This document shows, in pieces, positions 61,479-64,000 of a DNA stretch of 64,000 nucleotides. The notes below the pieces were generated by a model, which searched no databases, was not told where the DNA came from, and saw only the letters and a program-made list of their open reading frames with translations. The position numbers and the translations under genes are program-made. Within the stretch, counting starts at the first letter, position 1. Each line of letters starts with the position of its first letter. This DNA comes from the human T2T-CHM13v2.0 reference genome, Homo sapiens. The stretch lies in NCBI RefSeq assembly GCF_009914755.1, contig NC_060941.1. One strand, given 5' to 3'.

Positions 61479-61573
61479 TGTGGCAGGCCGATGGAACAGA
61501 GCATCTGCATTGACTGCCATGCGCCGATTGGAGGCATTGACCACAAACCTCGGGACGGCTTTCATCTGGTCAA
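61479..61573 (+). CDS. RNF213: RNF213 exon 55 (CGRPMEQSICIDCHAPIGGIDH...; RZ finger C4516, C4525, C4528, H4537)
   Basis: caccctag|TGT, AA|gtatgt, 95 nt. Confidence 0.97.
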
Positions 61574-62689
61574 GTATGTGGGTCAGGATTCTATTTCCTA
61601 AGTACTCAAACTTTGGGGTGTTGGGCTGTTTTTATTCCAGCTGATAAAGTGATACTCAAGATAGTACTAATTACTCCAGTACATGTGGGCCTGTGTCATA
61701 TTGAATAGCAATGCCAAAGTCCCAGCAGTCACACAGCAGGGAGGCATCTGATCTGTTGTTGGATCCCTGGGCCCTGAAATGCAAAGCAGGCTACCCTTTA
61801 ACAGCTGTTAATATGAATACAGGTGTCTTCCTTTTGGGCCTTGGGTGCACCTTCTGTAGAAATATGCATGACATAAACAGATGATCTAATTCACGAGGAC
61901 ATCTATGTCTGCAGGACCAAAACCTGGGCATCCGTCTGTCTCAGCAGATGCCATCTCACTTGCCAGCAATCTTAGCTTTCTCCATTTTTTATTTTTTGAG
62001 AAAAATGAAGGAGACAGACATAGTCTTATGAAATACCAGACTTCAGAATCCAGGTACAAATCCGATCCCACAATCCCATGCTGAGATGAATGTGGTTCTA
62101 AATGCTCCTTTCAGAGAGTGAGTGGGACCTGCGTGGGGGCCTCACATTCTGACTGTTCCCTGCAGTCACAGCTTAAAATACTTTCATGTTATCTCCAGAA
62201 ACTGTCACAGTGTCCTCCATCCTCTAATAGTTTTGCCACTGAGAGCATCGGCCACACTGCATCTCCTCTCTGCCGGACTTTAGATCCCGGTTTTTCCTTT
62301 GGGGAGATGAGAACAATATGGACACCCATGGGATGCCGACTGTCCTCCCAAACTCTAGCTGTTCTTAGCCCAACCGCTCCTCTCCTGACAAAGACTTCAG
62401 TGGAAAAGACGGGTCCAGGCCTGCGTCTTAACACCCTGCCCGGGGATCAGCATCAATACCACACAGCGCAGCCACCTGACGCTGAGAATGCGGTCGGGTC
62501 TGGTCCACCGGAAAGGCGAGTCTATCATGAGAGAGACTCTTAGGAACATGGTCCAGGCTTTGTGGAACAGCAAGTACTCTTCACATAACTCTCTTCTCAG
62601 CCGTAAGCCTCACTCCAAGTGCTGAGAAAGTGCAGCGTGCCAAAGCGGCCAGCCTCAGCCTCTGTCTTGTGTTCTCTCGTTCTTTCCAG

Positions 62690-62846
62690 AGACAAGGCAG
62701 ACAGAACGCAGACCGGCCATGTGCTGGGCAACCCGCAGCGGAGAGACGTGGTGACATGTGACCGAGGGCTGCCCCCAGTGGTCTTCCTCCTTATCCGGCT
62801 ACTCACTCACTTGGCTCTGCTTCTGGGAGCGTCCCAGAGTTCCCAG
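62690..62846 (+). CDS. RNF213: RNF213 exon 56 (DKADRTQTGH...SQSSQ)
   Basis: ctttccag|A, CAG|gtataa, 157 nt. Confidence 0.96.
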
Positions 62847-63405
62847 GTATAACCCAGTGCTGCCAAACAATGGGCTCAGTTAAGAACCTGCTTTCGCTTC
62901 TTCCCAGGGAGTCCTTTTGTCTTGAGTCCTAGCTGCCATCTATGCGTTTTGGAGATAATTAGTCTACAAAGTAATATACAAGTTATACATCTTCATGTTT
63001 CCCCCTGTGGCGTATGATGGTATGGGGGGAACTACTCCCCAGATTATACAGAATCCACTTCAAATTAACACTCTGTGTCTCTGGTCCACATCTGGGAGTA
63101 GAGAGGCTGACATCTTCATTATTTTACCTGTGTCTTCATTGTAGCTAGGGAAGAAAGAGCACACTGCATAACCAAGATGGCCAACAGTACAATCTGGATA
63201 TTCTTTATCTCACTGTAACAACAGAAAAGCCAGCAGCCGTTCCGCTTGCTAGCCTTCCTTTCACCTGGATCACTCCGCCGTTTTCATCTTAGAAACCGCC
63301 TTCCGACTCTATGCTGGTGCTCCACTCCCAATGGCCTCTACCAGGCTCACCATCTTCTCTACAAACCAGATCCCCGCTGAACACTCTGTTCCGTTGCCCC
63401 CACAG

Positions 63406-63586
63406 GCTCTGATAAACATCATTAAGCCTCCAGTGAGGGATCCAAAAGGCTTTCTGCAGCAGCACATCCTGAAGGACCTGGAGCAGTTGGCCAAGATGCT
63501 GGGACACAGTGCCGACGAGACCATCGGCGTGGTCCACCTCGTCCTGCGCAGGGTTCTCCAAGAGCAGCACCAGCTCTCTAGCAGAA
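63406..63586 (+). CDS. RNF213: RNF213 exon 57 (ALINIIKP...QLSSR)
   Basis: cccacag|GCT, AGAA|gtgagg, 181 nt. Confidence 0.94.
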
Positions 63587-63587
63587 G

Positions 63588-63731
63588 TGAGGAAAGGGGC
63601 AAGGGCTGGGCGGGGATCACACAGCACAACGGCAGCGCAAGCAGGCTCGCTGTCTTGTGGGCCACCCCACACACAGCCAGTCTGAGCTCTGTCTGTGCTG
63701 TTGCTGGAAAGAATGAGAGAACACACAGAGA
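63588..63731 (-). pseudogene. Diverged inverted duplicate (pseudo-exon) of the RNF213 intron 55 3' end and exon 56 5' part
   Basis: Reverse complement of 63704-63725 matches 62668-62689 at 21/22; the next 49 nt match ungapped at 32/49; translates NSTDRAQTGCVWGGPQ vs DKADRTQTGHVLGNPQ. Confidence 0.85.
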
Positions 63732-64000
63732 GAAAACCGTGTCTAGGGAAGGCGATGCCTGGGGCTGGAAAAAGGAAGCACTCTGCTTGCCCAGAGGCTG
63801 GAAGGAGCTGCTCTGTTCCCTCCATTCACCCCTGCCTGGCTAAGACCTGCGGTATTCGGGAGCGTCTGCACGCAAGTGTTCAGTGTGCATATATGGGGAG
63901 TCTTCAGTTCCGAAGTCAGCCCCGTAGGTCATTCCCCTACCATGCTGGGAGCACGTGTCGTCCACACAGAGCGTGCATGTCAAAGGATCAATCACCATCA

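Noticed and set aside
63545-63587. Antisense of exon 57 reads ELVLLLE, resembling exon 56 HLALLLG
   Set aside because: It lies in constrained coding sequence and is out of register; probably coincidence, so the inverted copy is not extended into exon 57.
63587-64000. Moyamoya founder variant R4810K
   Set aside because: That codon is downstream of the window; coding sequence here ends near residue 4660.

Overview
Human (primate) genomic DNA covering the middle of RNF213 (mysterin/ALO17, the giant AAA+ ATPase / E3 ubiquitin ligase and moyamoya susceptibility gene, 17q25.3) on the + strand. I traced 41 consecutive coding exons by splice signals and frame continuity. Exon numbers (17-57) and residue numbers (about 968-4660 of the 5207-aa isoform) are anchored to my recall of the reference; the exon lengths put recalled landmarks (K2426, E2488, K2775, E2845, C3997, C4516) on the expected codons. 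The exons encode the AAA+ core (including a 3609-nt exon), the C3HC4 RING and the RZ finger. Introns are dense in Alu, L1, Tigger, Charlie, MER20, MIR and an ERV1 LTR; repeat subfamily names are from memory, not RepeatMasker. Signals the gene model does not explain: (1) a diverged inverted copy of the exon 56 acceptor and exon start in intron 57, able to form a 22-bp helix over the exon 56 3' splice site; (2) Alus carrying templated insertions, one copied from exon 26 coding sequence; (3) a GC-AG intron, a duplicated acceptor, a 35-nt RZ-finger microexon and several read-through/intronic poly(A) opportunities. No prokaryotic-type system is present.
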